Source: Trichoplax sp. H2 (Eukaryota). From it: 64,000 nt of DNA. The notes under the pieces are model-generated. The model saw only the letters and a list, made by a program, of their open reading frames with translations, did not search any database and was not told the origin of the DNA. The stretch lies in NCBI GenBank assembly GCA_003344405.1, contig NOWV01000024.1, positions 1 through 64,000 on the forward strand. Reading direction: 5' to 3'. The position numbers and the translations under genes are program-made. Of this stretch, positions 13,422 through 25,305 are shown piece after piece. Within the stretch, counting starts at the first letter, position 1. Each line of letters opens with the position of its first letter.

Positions 13422-16400
13422 ATGCTTAGGTATTCAAGACGCCCTCCGAATTCGTTAAACGATACATCTTACTTAACAGAATACATAGCTTTAACCATTG
13501 CTATTATTCTACCACTTATATTTGTGATTGGATGCCTTACTGCTACATTAGTTGGAATACATGTGATTCGAACGACATGGAAGAAACCGTTACTTGTGGA
13601 TAGACTAATATTGAATTTAGTCGTTATAGATGAGCTATTTCTATTTACAAGGTAAGACACATTTAAAATCAGATACGACATAGGGAAAATGTTTATTCTT
13701 GTGTATAAAAAATCGAGTAAACTTTAATTTAAAAAAATCAACAACATATCAAGATTTTTTGTTGTACTCAGACGTTTTTTTTCTTATTATAAATTATCGT
13801 CATCATGCAGATACGATTGATGTAATCAATTTTAATTAGCTTTACATATAAAAGAAGTATCATACTAATTATACTTATTATAAATTTGATTAATTTAATT
13901 AGTATAAATTAGCGTATATGGTGATATAATAATAATCAGGAAGAGCTTAATAAAATTGGCGACTATTCCTTTTCATTGCTTTATTTGTACATCATGATGC
14001 AAGATCAAAAATAACCTAATACTGATGATAATAAGTAATTGGTGCAGAATAACAAATTTTAGTAACCACAAAAGTAGAATAATAACTAATAATCAAGGAA
14101 TACCACCAGCAAATGATAAGGATACCAATATTGGTGCAAGTTTAAGAAAAATCCTGATTGGCAATGCTATAACATTAATGCCGCTAGTAAACAAATTTAA
14201 GAATAGTTTCTTTTTCGTCGATATTGTAATTTAGAATACGAAACGAAAGCCGCTATTGTAGAACATGACTAAAGTCAAAATTTAGCTAAAAAAGTCATTT
14301 TTTCATTAAAGGTAGAAGATAGCTAAAATGAAATCTATGATGTGAAGTTGTTGTAGTCAGTTAATGTCCTTTTACATTCATATTGCAAGATCCAGTTGAT
14401 GAAATTTAGATTGTATAAAAGGATTTGTACAAGGGATACCAGATATTCATCGATAGTTGTTATTGACTTTACTTTAAATCATTTCATGATCAATATATAA
14501 TACTAGCTACTGTCTGATAAACTGCTCAACTTGTTTACAACATCAGAAAATCCCCCTTTCTCTTCATCACCTACGTGCAATTGTTAAAATTGATACGCAT
14601 TGACTATCGGCAATTATATTCCTTTCTCTATTCATTATCAGCTGCAGTTAGGAACATTGATTCCAATTTATTTACGTCGCTAGGATCTGATTTTCTAATA
14701 ATAATGCCGTATTAATGCTATTATTGTACAAAATGGGATATTCCAAAGCGAGTATAATTCTTCTATATGAGTCTATAGTCAAGAACTTGCTACAGATGAT
14801 GGTGTACAATTGTGTTCAAATAAATGAGATTTGCTTAATACTATTAAAGCACAATATTCATGCTTCAATTCTGTAAATTTAGTTAAAACTTTCAAATTAC
14901 TGTGAGCAAGTCTAGACAATTATTTAGGGGTTATACCAAAATTTCTTTTCTTTTAGAATGTCTATTATATCAATTGGATAATTTGATGTATAAATTTCGG
15001 TTAAATACGAGTTAATTAGGGCTTTATATAAGGTTTCAATTCTTTAACGATGGCTATCATATCGATTGGGTAATTTTTATATACAAATTTCAGTTAAATA
15101 CGAGTTACTTTGGGCTTTTTATATGGTTTTAGTTGTTTTACGATACCTATTATATTGATTGAATGCTACTGATACACAAATTTCGGTTACATATTACTGG
15201 ATTCTATTAATACTTTGACAGATTCGAATTTCGGTTTCATGATCAAAAATTCCATTAATTCTTCACGATACTATTATAATTATTAGACTAAATAAATATT
15301 TTAAGTAGTAACTTAGCATCACTAATATCATTTTGGGAGTATCCAAATTTTATCTGAGAGATCCTTTTTTATTTCTCCCAATTTGAATCCCCAGTAAATG
15401 AATCAGTATGTTATTAAGCCTTGATATCGAGTTATATTCGAGTCCACGTGGCTCAGTCATATTACCCTTATTTTCTCTCATTGTGACATTATACAGTAAA
15501 AGTAATATTTGCCTATATCTTAAATTTCGCTTTTATATTTTCTATATCATTTCCATAAAAATAATTGTTGCTTAAAATATTATTCATCTTATTGGCTCTA
15601 ATTAACAGCTATCTTATGACTACTTCAGCTTTATAGCAATCTTTCCAACCATGGTTAAGCTCCATCTTCGCCAAGTTCCAATCCATTCATCAAATACATT
15701 TTGGTGCCGACTGCAATTTGGTTGGATCATGTACTTACATATAATTATTGTATATAATATGCTCGCTCTATCAGTAACACGTTATTATGTGGTGGCTAAA
15801 TCCAATCAATTGCCACATTTCATCAAAAATCATCCCAACTGGAGTATATTCATATTCATCTGGTTAGTACCACTGCTCTTTGCTTCACCACCTGTCATTG
15901 GATATTGGGGCAAATACACCTATGCTCAAGTTGTTGGATTATGCTATCCAGATTACCATTATCAGCAGAATATCTACCATATCCTCTATTTTGTGACCTA
16001 TTTTCTATTTGTACCTATCTTAAGCCTTATCATTATATCTGTTAGTTATCGTATGATCTTAAATGAAACAAGAGAGAAACGCCGCAAAATTGATGAGCAA
16101 ACACGCGAAAATGCAGTCCGAAGTTACATTGTGGCCAATATATTTCATACATCTGAAGAGGAATTTATCCATTTCAGTCGTGAGAAACATGAAAAATTAT
16201 TGGCTAAACATTTAATAAACATTTGTTTTACCTGTATATGTTCTATTTTACCTCTTAACATCTTTATGGTAATTCATTTCATTGTTGGAACACCGATAAC
16301 TCGAAAACTAATTATAATAGGAATCATTTTCACCCAAGTTGCAAACATTATCAACAACTTCTTTTACTATTTACGCAATCGGGAAAATTTCTTCTCATTT

Positions 16401-16457
16401 TTAACTGGAAATATCAGTAAATCAAACAAGGTAACCTGTGAAAGTGATTTAACTTAA
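13422..16457 (+). CDS. Class A (rhodopsin-family) GPCR with opsin-like loops, about 352 aa; exons 13422-13651 and 15629-16457
   Basis: Exon 1 encodes the N-terminus (NDT sequon), TM1 and the start of TM2 and ends AG|GTAAGA. The acceptor TTCAG at 15628 restores the frame (...LFLFT-S-FIAIFPTMVKL...). Exon 2 has the TM3 Cys (FWCRLQ), TRY at the DRY position, TM4 W..P (IWLVPLLFASPP), ECL2 WGKY...LCYPDY, TM6 CSILP and TM7 NNFFY. The total of 1059 nt is in frame. Confidence 0.85.
14961..15190. repeat. Degenerate tandem repeat of about 91 bp in the GPCR intron
   Basis: 'aaatttc(g/a)gttaaatacgagtta' near 14992 and 15085, and 'aaatttcggttacat' near 15178, with similar flanking sequence. Confidence 0.7.
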
Positions 16458-19400
16458 AGCTATCACAGCATAGTTAAAGGGATTTTTCTGGCTGCGTATG
16501 AAATGCCTTTGTTATAGACAATCAGTAAGTTGCAAAAAATTACTGAGATTACTAAATGGGTTATAGGTTTGGATATTTCAAGCGCAGATTGTCATGGTAG
16601 TTCAATTCTTATATTCTTAACGGCATTGGATGAATACTTAAAAATTACGCCAGAATTAATTTTTGAATAATTTTTTCAATTATGTTATAAAGTATCTATA
16701 TAGACGTAATTTGATGATTTTTCCATTTTAATAAATTAGTTTGGAATCATTCCATCGTCAAATAGATTAAATATCTGTTATATAGTTACTGTATACGAGT
16801 CATTATTATTACAAAAGAGAGCAGATAACAAATTTAAAAAATTTTTATCCGCTCTATTAAGCTTAGATCATTTTCTTGATCTAACAGCTTTATTTTGAGG
16901 CTAACGCCTTAAAAATGCGGTATAGTTTTGGATTAAATTTATCATATTATTATTGATTAGTTTGAAATAATATGTCTTGCTAGCTTAAATTAATCTTGCT
17001 TTGGCATAAAATGGTTCATGACAAATTAAGAAAAGATTAAATCATTATAAATACTAGGCTATTTAATTCTGGTAATTTGTGCCTATCCATTTTCTGAGAT
17101 TACGCATGTAATCTTATTTTGAATTTTGTCTTAAGTTGATGTCAACACTATCAGTGACCTAGACCTATTTCCTTATTCTTATGCTGAATCTCATCGTAAT
17201 TAAACTTTACCTATAGCATCTTGCCTGGAAATTAAGAGCAAATCAAATAAATTAGCTCAAAATGAATAATAAGTATTCGCATTGAAGTACTCTAATCCTT
17301 GGGGCGAAATATTAAACAGCATGATTTAAGTTATCATAAACGATATTCAGTAGCTACCGTGGCCAATAATCATGCATGCTTATATTGCACTTATTCGAAA
17401 CTTTATTTAATCTGTAACTATTAGAAACATGCAGTATAATGCTGATGTTAACTAATGATAGATACGGAGTATCAAAGTACGTGTGCAAGCATAAATTCCT
17501 TTAAACACCGAGCTAATGGCTAGTATATCGTTTATAAAGTTACAATACGTTAATTTATATAAAAGTGATAAACTCGGCTTAACTACTACCTAAAACTATT
17601 AACTGTACATGATAGACATCGATAAGGCTAGGATAGGGAAATAGTAGAGATACAAATACTCCCTCCTTGGATTAGTTAAATGAATATTACAAAAGCTGTC
17701 AATTACTATTAATTGTCGATAGCATAAAGAAATCTCCTCATATTTGACCTCCCAAGCGGATTGCGAATTTAGTGCCTTCTTTGCCATTAATTGTGCGCAG
17801 TACTCTATAAATTGTGAATACAATTTATCGAAGTAGCTTTTAGCTGATTAAAATAGACTCTGTAATGAATACGGGTCGATAAAGATACTAGAACTCGCTT
17901 AAATGCTGCTCACCATGCATCTTGCTACCAAGAAGAATATCGCAAGTAATGATAGACCTAAATTCGAAAAAATGTATTGGCAGAGAATCTATAACTGTTG
18001 CCTTCGAAATTTAATTTATTCCCATATCAAGGGATAGGCCTTATTTTGTAGAACTACTAATATTTGTATAGCGAATTGTTACACAGTCAAGCTATAGAAA
18101 AAGTTACTAGATAAATAGAATACATACAATTGCTGTAAATTTTTCAATTCTTGATGGTGGGTAAATTATCAGCTTTCAAGTGCATTGCAGAATATTTCAG
18201 GGAGCAATGTCCGAGAAAATTATATGAGATTATAGATTCGCTTTATCGACCTTGTTCCAAATTTTGGCTTGTAACCTAATGCTATTCTAATCTTTCTATA
18301 TAGTTCGTGTTTATTAAGTGACTAATATATATTATTGTAAATAATTGATTTAGTCAATCGAAATCCACTAAAACGAAAAATAGTTACCGCACAAATTTCT
18401 AGTTGCGTAAAATCTATAATCTAGTTTTGTCTACATTTAAAATAAAACCTATACATCAACGTCTATGATTTTATATCAGATAGTGTCAATCGATTAGCTT
18501 AATAATGGTAATTATGTAGTTGGCTAAAGTGAAAAATGGACTGAAAATACCGCTCTAAGAGATCTGTATTTCTGTCATAAACTATGCACATACGTACGCT
18601 TTCACGAGTGTTGTTTATGGTAAGTTTTATGCTGAAATAATTAGATTATGAAAAATTAAGCCTTTAATGAAACATAACATGATCTCCATATGGCATGGCA
18701 GTAAGAATTTAATAATTCGAATTAAATCAAATTCGACAAATAGCACATCCACAAAACTTAAATAGTTTAAATAAAATTAAGGAAATGATTGACGTTTTCG
18801 TGTCGTTGATAAACCTTCAAGTCAAATAAATTGTAATAGACAGCTGCATAGCAGTATGGGTGCCCTTCATGGTTGTAATTTAATTTTAGCTGGACTTTTA
18901 CAAACTATATGGGAATTTAAAGTCAATTTATCCTTTTTTCAAGCAAATAGAACTAAGTGAATTTAGTAGGTCTTGCCTAGTTGTTGATACTTGTTATGAA
19001 ATTATTCAAAGGTTACAAACTCAGCTGTACAAATTGGCAATAAGTAGCTATTCTCAAAGGTTATTTCCAAAATTGAATTAAAATACTGTTATACCGACTG
19101 ATTTACTTTCAATCTTGATAACTTTACGTGCAATATTAGGAGCTAAATCCAAGAAGTGAAACATATAGAAATTCTAGTGGAATCAATAGATTTCAAGTTT
19201 TAATAATGATTTATGATAGCTATGAAAGAATTTAAAGATATAAATTAGAATCGTTCCTCTATTTTACTGGGCTTTATTATGATATACTTTAATTAATTCT
19301 CGAATTTACATTTCCGGTAAAGCCACTCTAAGCAGACCTGAAAAAGGTTCAGTGTGGCTCAATGCTTTTGCTTGTTATACGATTTTAATTTTAATTCAGA

Positions 19401-20802
19401 AACTAGCCTTAGGCATTTATTATGTGCTACGAATTTAAATAGACGAGAAGCGAAAAGTTTTGATGCAATTTAATTCTCAACGAAAATTCTAGGAATATTT
19501 GCCTATGCCAAATATTACTAATCCTCGTAAGATGTAAATAAAATTTTTGTATCAATCTCCAATTTGAATTTTAAATAATTTTGCATATAAAAATAAGCGT
19601 TAAACATTATTAGTTGAGTAGATTTTACATTGAGCTCTATCATCGAATCGTAGTGAAATTTTAGAACGTGTAGTTTTCAGGGTTGATAAATATATCAAGT
19701 AATACTATTAATTAATTCAAATCGATCAGACGCAGAAGGTTCATGTCGTAGTAGGTGCTGGACTGGATAATTTACAGGGTTAAAGCATCAGCCAAATCAA
19801 GGCAAAGCTGTAATGAAATTGCTAGCGATACCTATATCACTAGTATAAAGAGTCCTGAATCGCGAATAACTCAATAGTTTAAAGGACTCTCGACAAATTT
19901 GAAAGCACTAAACTGCTTTAGCTTTCGCTAATCGTGAATTTATTAACCTTGAACGAAAATACTGAAGAAGAAATCGCAACTAGATCAAATTAAGTTACCA
20001 TATGTTTGTGTTCTTGTAAACGAGATATATGACGCAAATATGCTATTATGTACTTTCACCTTGCCGTTAGATAGCATACCGAGAAAGATTAATTAAAGTC
20101 TGAGCTATACCAGTTAATGAACGCTATTTTATAATCAAATTAGTTTATTGCTGCTAGATACCAATCGTCCTGTACAACATTGCAGTTACACCTACTATGT
20201 TATTATTTAAATCTAGTGGAGAGGAATCATAAACCATTCTTATCATAAATTGTTTTCACGAGAAAATGTTTTCATAATAAATGGCAAGTGATTAGCATTA
20301 TAACATCATCAATTTATAGAAAATTATTTAGAAAGCTATCAGACAAATCTTCTTTTGAATCTTTCGAGCTTCTAAATCTTCATATACGAATATCCAAGGA
20401 CTCTGTAATGATGGCCTCAAGCGGACTCTAACTATAGCATATTTTTATGCCATATTCTCGATCAAAATATACCCTATTAGAATGGGTATAAAGACTCTTT
20501 TATAAATATTTTGAAAGAGATTCATTGGCTTACTACTATAATTTTACCATTAGAGGCAGGATTGTAATTTTACTATCATCAACCATCCCTCTTACAGATC
20601 AGGTTTGCCGATTATTTTAAATACGACTAAATTTGAAAAAAATCCTTTCCTGTAGTCGTAGTTTTGATTTATTATCGATTCTATTTGATCAAAATTCATC
20701 GTTAATTGACTATCGAAACAGCATCGATTGCTCTAGACAAAAGCTAGCCGCAAATGTAAGTAAAATCTTATAAATATTTTTAACTATTATTGGATTTCGT
20801 CA

Positions 20803-23550
20803 ATGCTACCAGGAATAATGCAAATACCGACAAGCTTTGTTCTACATAAGAAAATTTGTTTGGTTCCGTTTTGGATAACATTTCATATCATGGCTATAGC
20901 GGTTAGCAGCCATCAAAAACTAAGCCACTTGAGTTCTATAACCTTACCAGGAGATATTATTTTAGGAGGTCTTTTTGATATCCATCTGAAATATCATGAT
21001 TTAACTGGTCAATGCCATGAGATCAGTGGCCAAGGTCTGCAGTTAGCTCAGGCTATGATTTATGCTATACAAAAGATTAATAGCGATTCGAAATTATTAC
21101 CAAATGTAACTTTAGGCTATAAAATTAGCGATTCTTGTAATAGTGTCGATGCCACACTTACTCAAGCATTAGCATTCATTAACGATAGACGAGATCCACT
21201 TTATTCCTATGTTCCTTCTTTATCGTTGTGTCCTTTGCATTGCCGATGTAATTCTAAGAACGCTGAAAATGAAACGGCAACCAGCAATTTAATCAAACAT
21301 CCTGTAACAGCTGTGATTGGAACGAATGGAAATGAGCAATCTATAGCTACAGCAACATTATTTAGCACATTTAATATAGCACAAATTAGTTATGCTTCAA
21401 CAATAGATAAGCTAAGTAATCGATTAGATTATAAGACATTTTTTAGAACGGTTCCTTCCGATAGCCATCAAGCAGCGGCGCTTTTTGATATTATCCGTTA
21501 TTTCAATTGGACTTATGTTGCTTTAATTGCTATTGATGATGGTTATGGTAATAATTTGCGCAATGAATTTTTAAAGTTGACCAATGCAAATGCGATTTGT
21601 GTCCCTATCGTGTTGGATATACCTATTAAATTAACAGCAGAGCAAGCAAAAGGAGTTATTGACGATGTGGAAGAACAAGAACGAATTACTACTATTATTG
21701 CTATTGCATATAAATATCAAGCTCAACAATTGCTACAAGAAGCACAAAATAGAAATTTAACAGGTAAAGTATTTATTGGTACAACAGGATGGGGTAATGC
21801 ATTATCTATCGTTCAAGATATTCAACCATCCATTCTCGAAGGTGGATATGTTATTTCATTGGAAAATAATTATGATCCTCAATTTTATTCTTATTTAACG
21901 ACTCTGACTTCTGGAAACGATATTTTTAACGCACGGTTTGAAATAAATTGCAGTAATAGAACTGGAAATTCCACGCTTAGCGATATGTTAACATGTCATA
22001 ACGAAGATTTATTCTATCAGAATGATGGTAAAGCAGGATATGTCATTACAGCAGTCCAAGCTGTGGCTCATGCATTACATGCCATACTGAATTGTACTGA
22101 TAAAAGCTGCGATGATATAAATTTCAATCTATTTCCAGCAGATAAATTGATCCCCTATTTGTACAGAGTTTATCTTCAAAATAGTTCATCACCCATTTTT
22201 AACAGCAATGGTAATGGAATTCCTTATTACGTGATTAAAAATTTTCAACGAAGTCATCAAGGTGATCAATTAAAACTACTTGATGTCGGTTACTGGAATG
22301 GATTATCCGAGGAATGCAATAAAAATAAACAGAGTAAATTGATCTGTCAGAGTCCAAAATTAGTTATTAATAAGGAAAAAATTGCATGGTTTAGTAATAC
22401 TGCTAAGCCAGCCATACCGTTATCCAAATGCAGCTTTGACTGCCTTGCAGGTACTCGACGAGTTTATGATCTCGGAAATGTTTGCTGTTGGAATTGTGTA
22501 GCCTGTGATGTAAATCAAATTTCGAATAAAACGAATGCTGATGTCTGTTTTGATTGCTCAAAAACGGAAGAGACTAATCCTGATAGTACAAGTTGTATTG
22601 CTAAACCAGTTACTCATGTTCAACCGAAAGATGTTTTGGGTATTGCAATCATCGCTTATTCCAGTTTAACAGTATTCATTCTTCTATGCATTTGGATTAT
22701 TATTATTATCTATCGCTCAGAAATGATTTCCAAAACTTGTACTACCTACTATATTTTAGATAATTTCTTATTAATTAGTATTTTAGCTGTTATTAGTAAC
22801 ACCATCACGATGATGCAACCCATTACTGTTAATTCATGCAATGGGGTATATTTCCTATTTTTCTTGAGTATAGCATTTTTAACCGTTGTCCTTATGACAA
22901 GAATACTTCTTTTATGTCGTTTATCACTAGTAAAATCCACTTGGTGTCAGTTATTGAATGATAATTCAGTTGCTATTTGGTTGATGATTATGCTGGCTCT
23001 ATTAGCTCTGCAAGCTATTATATTCTTTATGATCCAACAGTTTCTCCAAGTCAGTGTTTCCAAATTTGTTGCTTCCCCTCAAATAATTTATAACTACTGC
23101 TCTGATAGGCATATCATACGGTTTGCTGTTGCTTTTGCAGTACTAGGTGTATTGATAATAATAGCAATAGTATTAGCTAAGAAAGCTCCAAAGATGGCCG
23201 AAGAATTTATAGAATTACGATGGACCTTTAATGCGCTAGTTGTCATCATGTTAATATGCATTGGAATGATGCCTCCTTATTTAGTTTTACGAGGTCCTAT
23301 GCAAGTTTGTGCAATATCTTTAGGCACGACCACAATGGCATTGATTACACTTGTTATTAATTTTGCTTATAAAATATATCATTTAATAAGAAATTTTAAG
23401 AAATCAGTTACCGTTAGAATCAAGCCTAGTGTACTGGACAATCAGCAAAATCACGCAGCCAAATTGAATAGAAATAGCAATATGGGTATCGATAATCACA
23501 TATTTGTCGTCAATACTCAATCTATCGATTCAGCCACTACTGATTTATAG
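20803..23550 (+). CDS. Class C GPCR (calcium-sensing/metabotropic glutamate receptor-like), single exon, 915 aa
   Basis: Venus flytrap motifs GDIILGGLF, AMIYAIQKIN..LLPNVTLGY.I.DSC, QISYAST, FFRTVPSD, FNWTYVALIAIDDGYG; cysteine-rich domain SKCSFDCLAG...CCWNCVAC...CFDC...SC; seven hydrophobic segments at the C-terminus. The true start may be a later Met. Confidence 0.95.
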   Translation: MLPGIMQIPTSFVLHKKICLVPFWITFHIMAIAVSSHQKLSHLSSITLPGDIILGGLFDIHLKYHDLTGQCHEISGQGLQLAQAMIYAIQKINSDSKLLPNVTLGYKISDSCNSVDATLTQALAFINDRRDPLYSYVPSLSLCPLHCRCNSKNAENETATSNLIKHPVTAVIGTNGNEQSIATATLFSTFNIAQISYASTIDKLSNRLDYKTFFRTVPSDSHQAAALFDIIRYFNWTYVALIAIDDGYGNNLRNEFLKLTNANAICVPIVLDIPIKLTAEQAKGVIDDVEEQERITTIIAIAYKYQAQQLLQEAQNRNLTGKVFIGTTGWGNALSIVQDIQPSILEGGYVISLENNYDPQFYSYLTTLTSGNDIFNARFEINCSNRTGNSTLSDMLTCHNEDLFYQNDGKAGYVITAVQAVAHALHAILNCTDKSCDDINFNLFPADKLIPYLYRVYLQNSSSPIFNSNGNGIPYYVIKNFQRSHQGDQLKLLDVGYWNGLSEECNKNKQSKLICQSPKLVINKEKIAWFSNTAKPAIPLSKCSFDCLAGTRRVYDLGNVCCWNCVACDVNQISNKTNADVCFDCSKTEETNPDSTSCIAKPVTHVQPKDVLGIAIIAYSSLTVFILLCIWIIIIIYRSEMISKTCTTYYILDNFLLISILAVISNTITMMQPITVNSCNGVYFLFFLSIAFLTVVLMTRILLLCRLSLVKSTWCQLLNDNSVAIWLMIMLALLALQAIIFFMIQQFLQVSVSKFVASPQIIYNYCSDRHIIRFAVAFAVLGVLIIIAIVLAKKAPKMAEEFIELRWTFNALVVIMLICIGMMPPYLVLRGPMQVCAISLGTTTMALITLVINFAYKIYHLIRNFKKSVTVRIKPSVLDNQQNHAAKLNRNSNMGIDNHIFVVNTQSIDSATTDL

Positions 23551-24834
23551 TATCTATTGACACCAGTAGAATCAAGTAATCGTATGGATAAATGTTTTCC
23601 TTGTCTTGAATTAATTCATGTTTAGTAAAAACTAGGCATACCTTTGGCATAGTGGTCGTGATAAAGAGTATTCACGGTATACTTGAAGAACTATTCTTTG
23701 TAGGTTATAAATTGAACTTAGCTTATTGCAATGCCATTATTGTCTATATTATTACCTGTGATCTGAGGAACGCTTAAAAATTGATTTCGTCTTGAATTAG
23801 CAGGTATGAATGACTATTATATGTCACTGGAATTCTTCTTCTACCATAAAAATGTATTCTGAGATAGCGTAATTTAATTGATCGATTTCAAAATATTAGA
23901 TTTTATTATTGTATGATAGCAAGTTGCTTTTATGATTTCAATTTGATGATGTATAATTGATATGGAATCAGATTATTTAATATTTTAGTTCAATTTTATA
24001 TTTTATAGTTGTAATTTTTTATGAAATGAGCTTGTTTAGCATCTTATTTAATCTAAAGTTGTTGAAGAAGAAATAATACAGTATATTATACTCTCTAACT
24101 ATGCAAATATACATCAATATGCGTAGGATAATAAAGAGTGTGCCAGTTATTAATAGACTTTGTAGCCTCCTATCAAATATACCGAAATTGATTCGAAATT
24201 TAGTCGGTTAGCTACGGATACAACTTGGTAGAATTCATCGATAAGAGGATTGATTAATATGTACTAAATAGATGATCAATGAGTGCTTAAAGTATTAGGT
24301 TTAGGGTTTTAAAGTATCACTTAAATATCTGCATCTTCTTATAATTTCTCTTCCTGTACAGCCTGTTATATCCAATCATGGTACGCGATATAAAACAAAC
24401 AAAACTTTTACTACAGTATAATTTAGTCATAAATCCTATATAGAGTTATGCCAATAAGTAATAAGCCATCTGCTGCCGATGATTAGACGACGTAAACAGT
24501 ATATATCGTTGAATATGTCTCCTAAAGTAGTTCCTTCCTGATATTTTATACTATCCTAATTTACGATAGCAGATAAGTTTGCGTGATATACCCTTGATGT
24601 TTTTCACTTTTGGTAGCGCTATCGTCAGAGTCTAACTCTTCACTCTGCTGACAAAATTCTACTGAGAGAGCCGAGATACAAGCAAATCTTCTAAGGAAAT
24701 TCCTTTTTAAGTGTTATGATGTATTATTATTTATTATAGGAGAGAAATAAAGTAGTTATCGTTGTAATTATAGCAAGGCATAATTCAACCAATACGAATG
24801 CGGTCATTTCCTATATTTCTAGTACACTATATCA

Positions 24835-24854
24835 NNNNNNNNNNNNNNNNNNNN
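24835..24854. other. Assembly gap (20 N)
   Basis: Run of 20 N characters. Confidence 1.
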
Positions 24855-24947
24855 AGAGTTATGCCAATAAGTAATAAGCCATCTGCTGTCGATGATTAGA
24901 CGACGTAAACAGTATATACCGTTGAATATGTCTCCTAAAGTAGTTCC

Positions 24948-25305
24948 TGTAACATTATGATCTTATATAGAAGATGCCTAGTATAGTAATATCCTAATAT
25001 ACGAATACTTATCATATACCGTTTAAGTACTGTATTGTATTACATTCATAATGTACGACATCATGACTACATATAGACGACATGCTATACATATAAAGAC
25101 ATTATCTCAATCCCATCTAAAACATTTAAATACCCTTGTACGCTAACTCGTTAGTCAGTTCCTACATTCCTGCTATCTCAAATACCTTATCTATAACAAC
25201 CATATCATTGTTAGCCTGTAACTTGTATCTCAATAAAATCCTTTATACCTTCTATCATCGTCTACCTTAAAATACTTTACGCTACTTAAAGAAGATATCA
25301 TTACA
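24948..25305. mobile_element. 358-bp insertion with TGTAA...TTACA termini and 5-bp TSD (GTTCC); probable solo LTR
   Basis: GTTCC at 24943-24947 and 25306-25310; the empty site in the other copy has a single GTTCC at 24530-24534. Termini are TG..CA with short inverted similarity (tgtaacattatgatctt vs aagatatcattaca). It contains TATAAA (about 25092) and AATAAA (25232). Confidence 0.8.

Noticed and set aside
13930..14270. Hydrophobic minus-strand fragments and the 14025-14234 ORF inside the GPCR intron, a possible nested GPCR pseudogene
   Set aside because: Multiple stops and no diagnostic motif; AT-rich DNA gives hydrophobic translations by chance.
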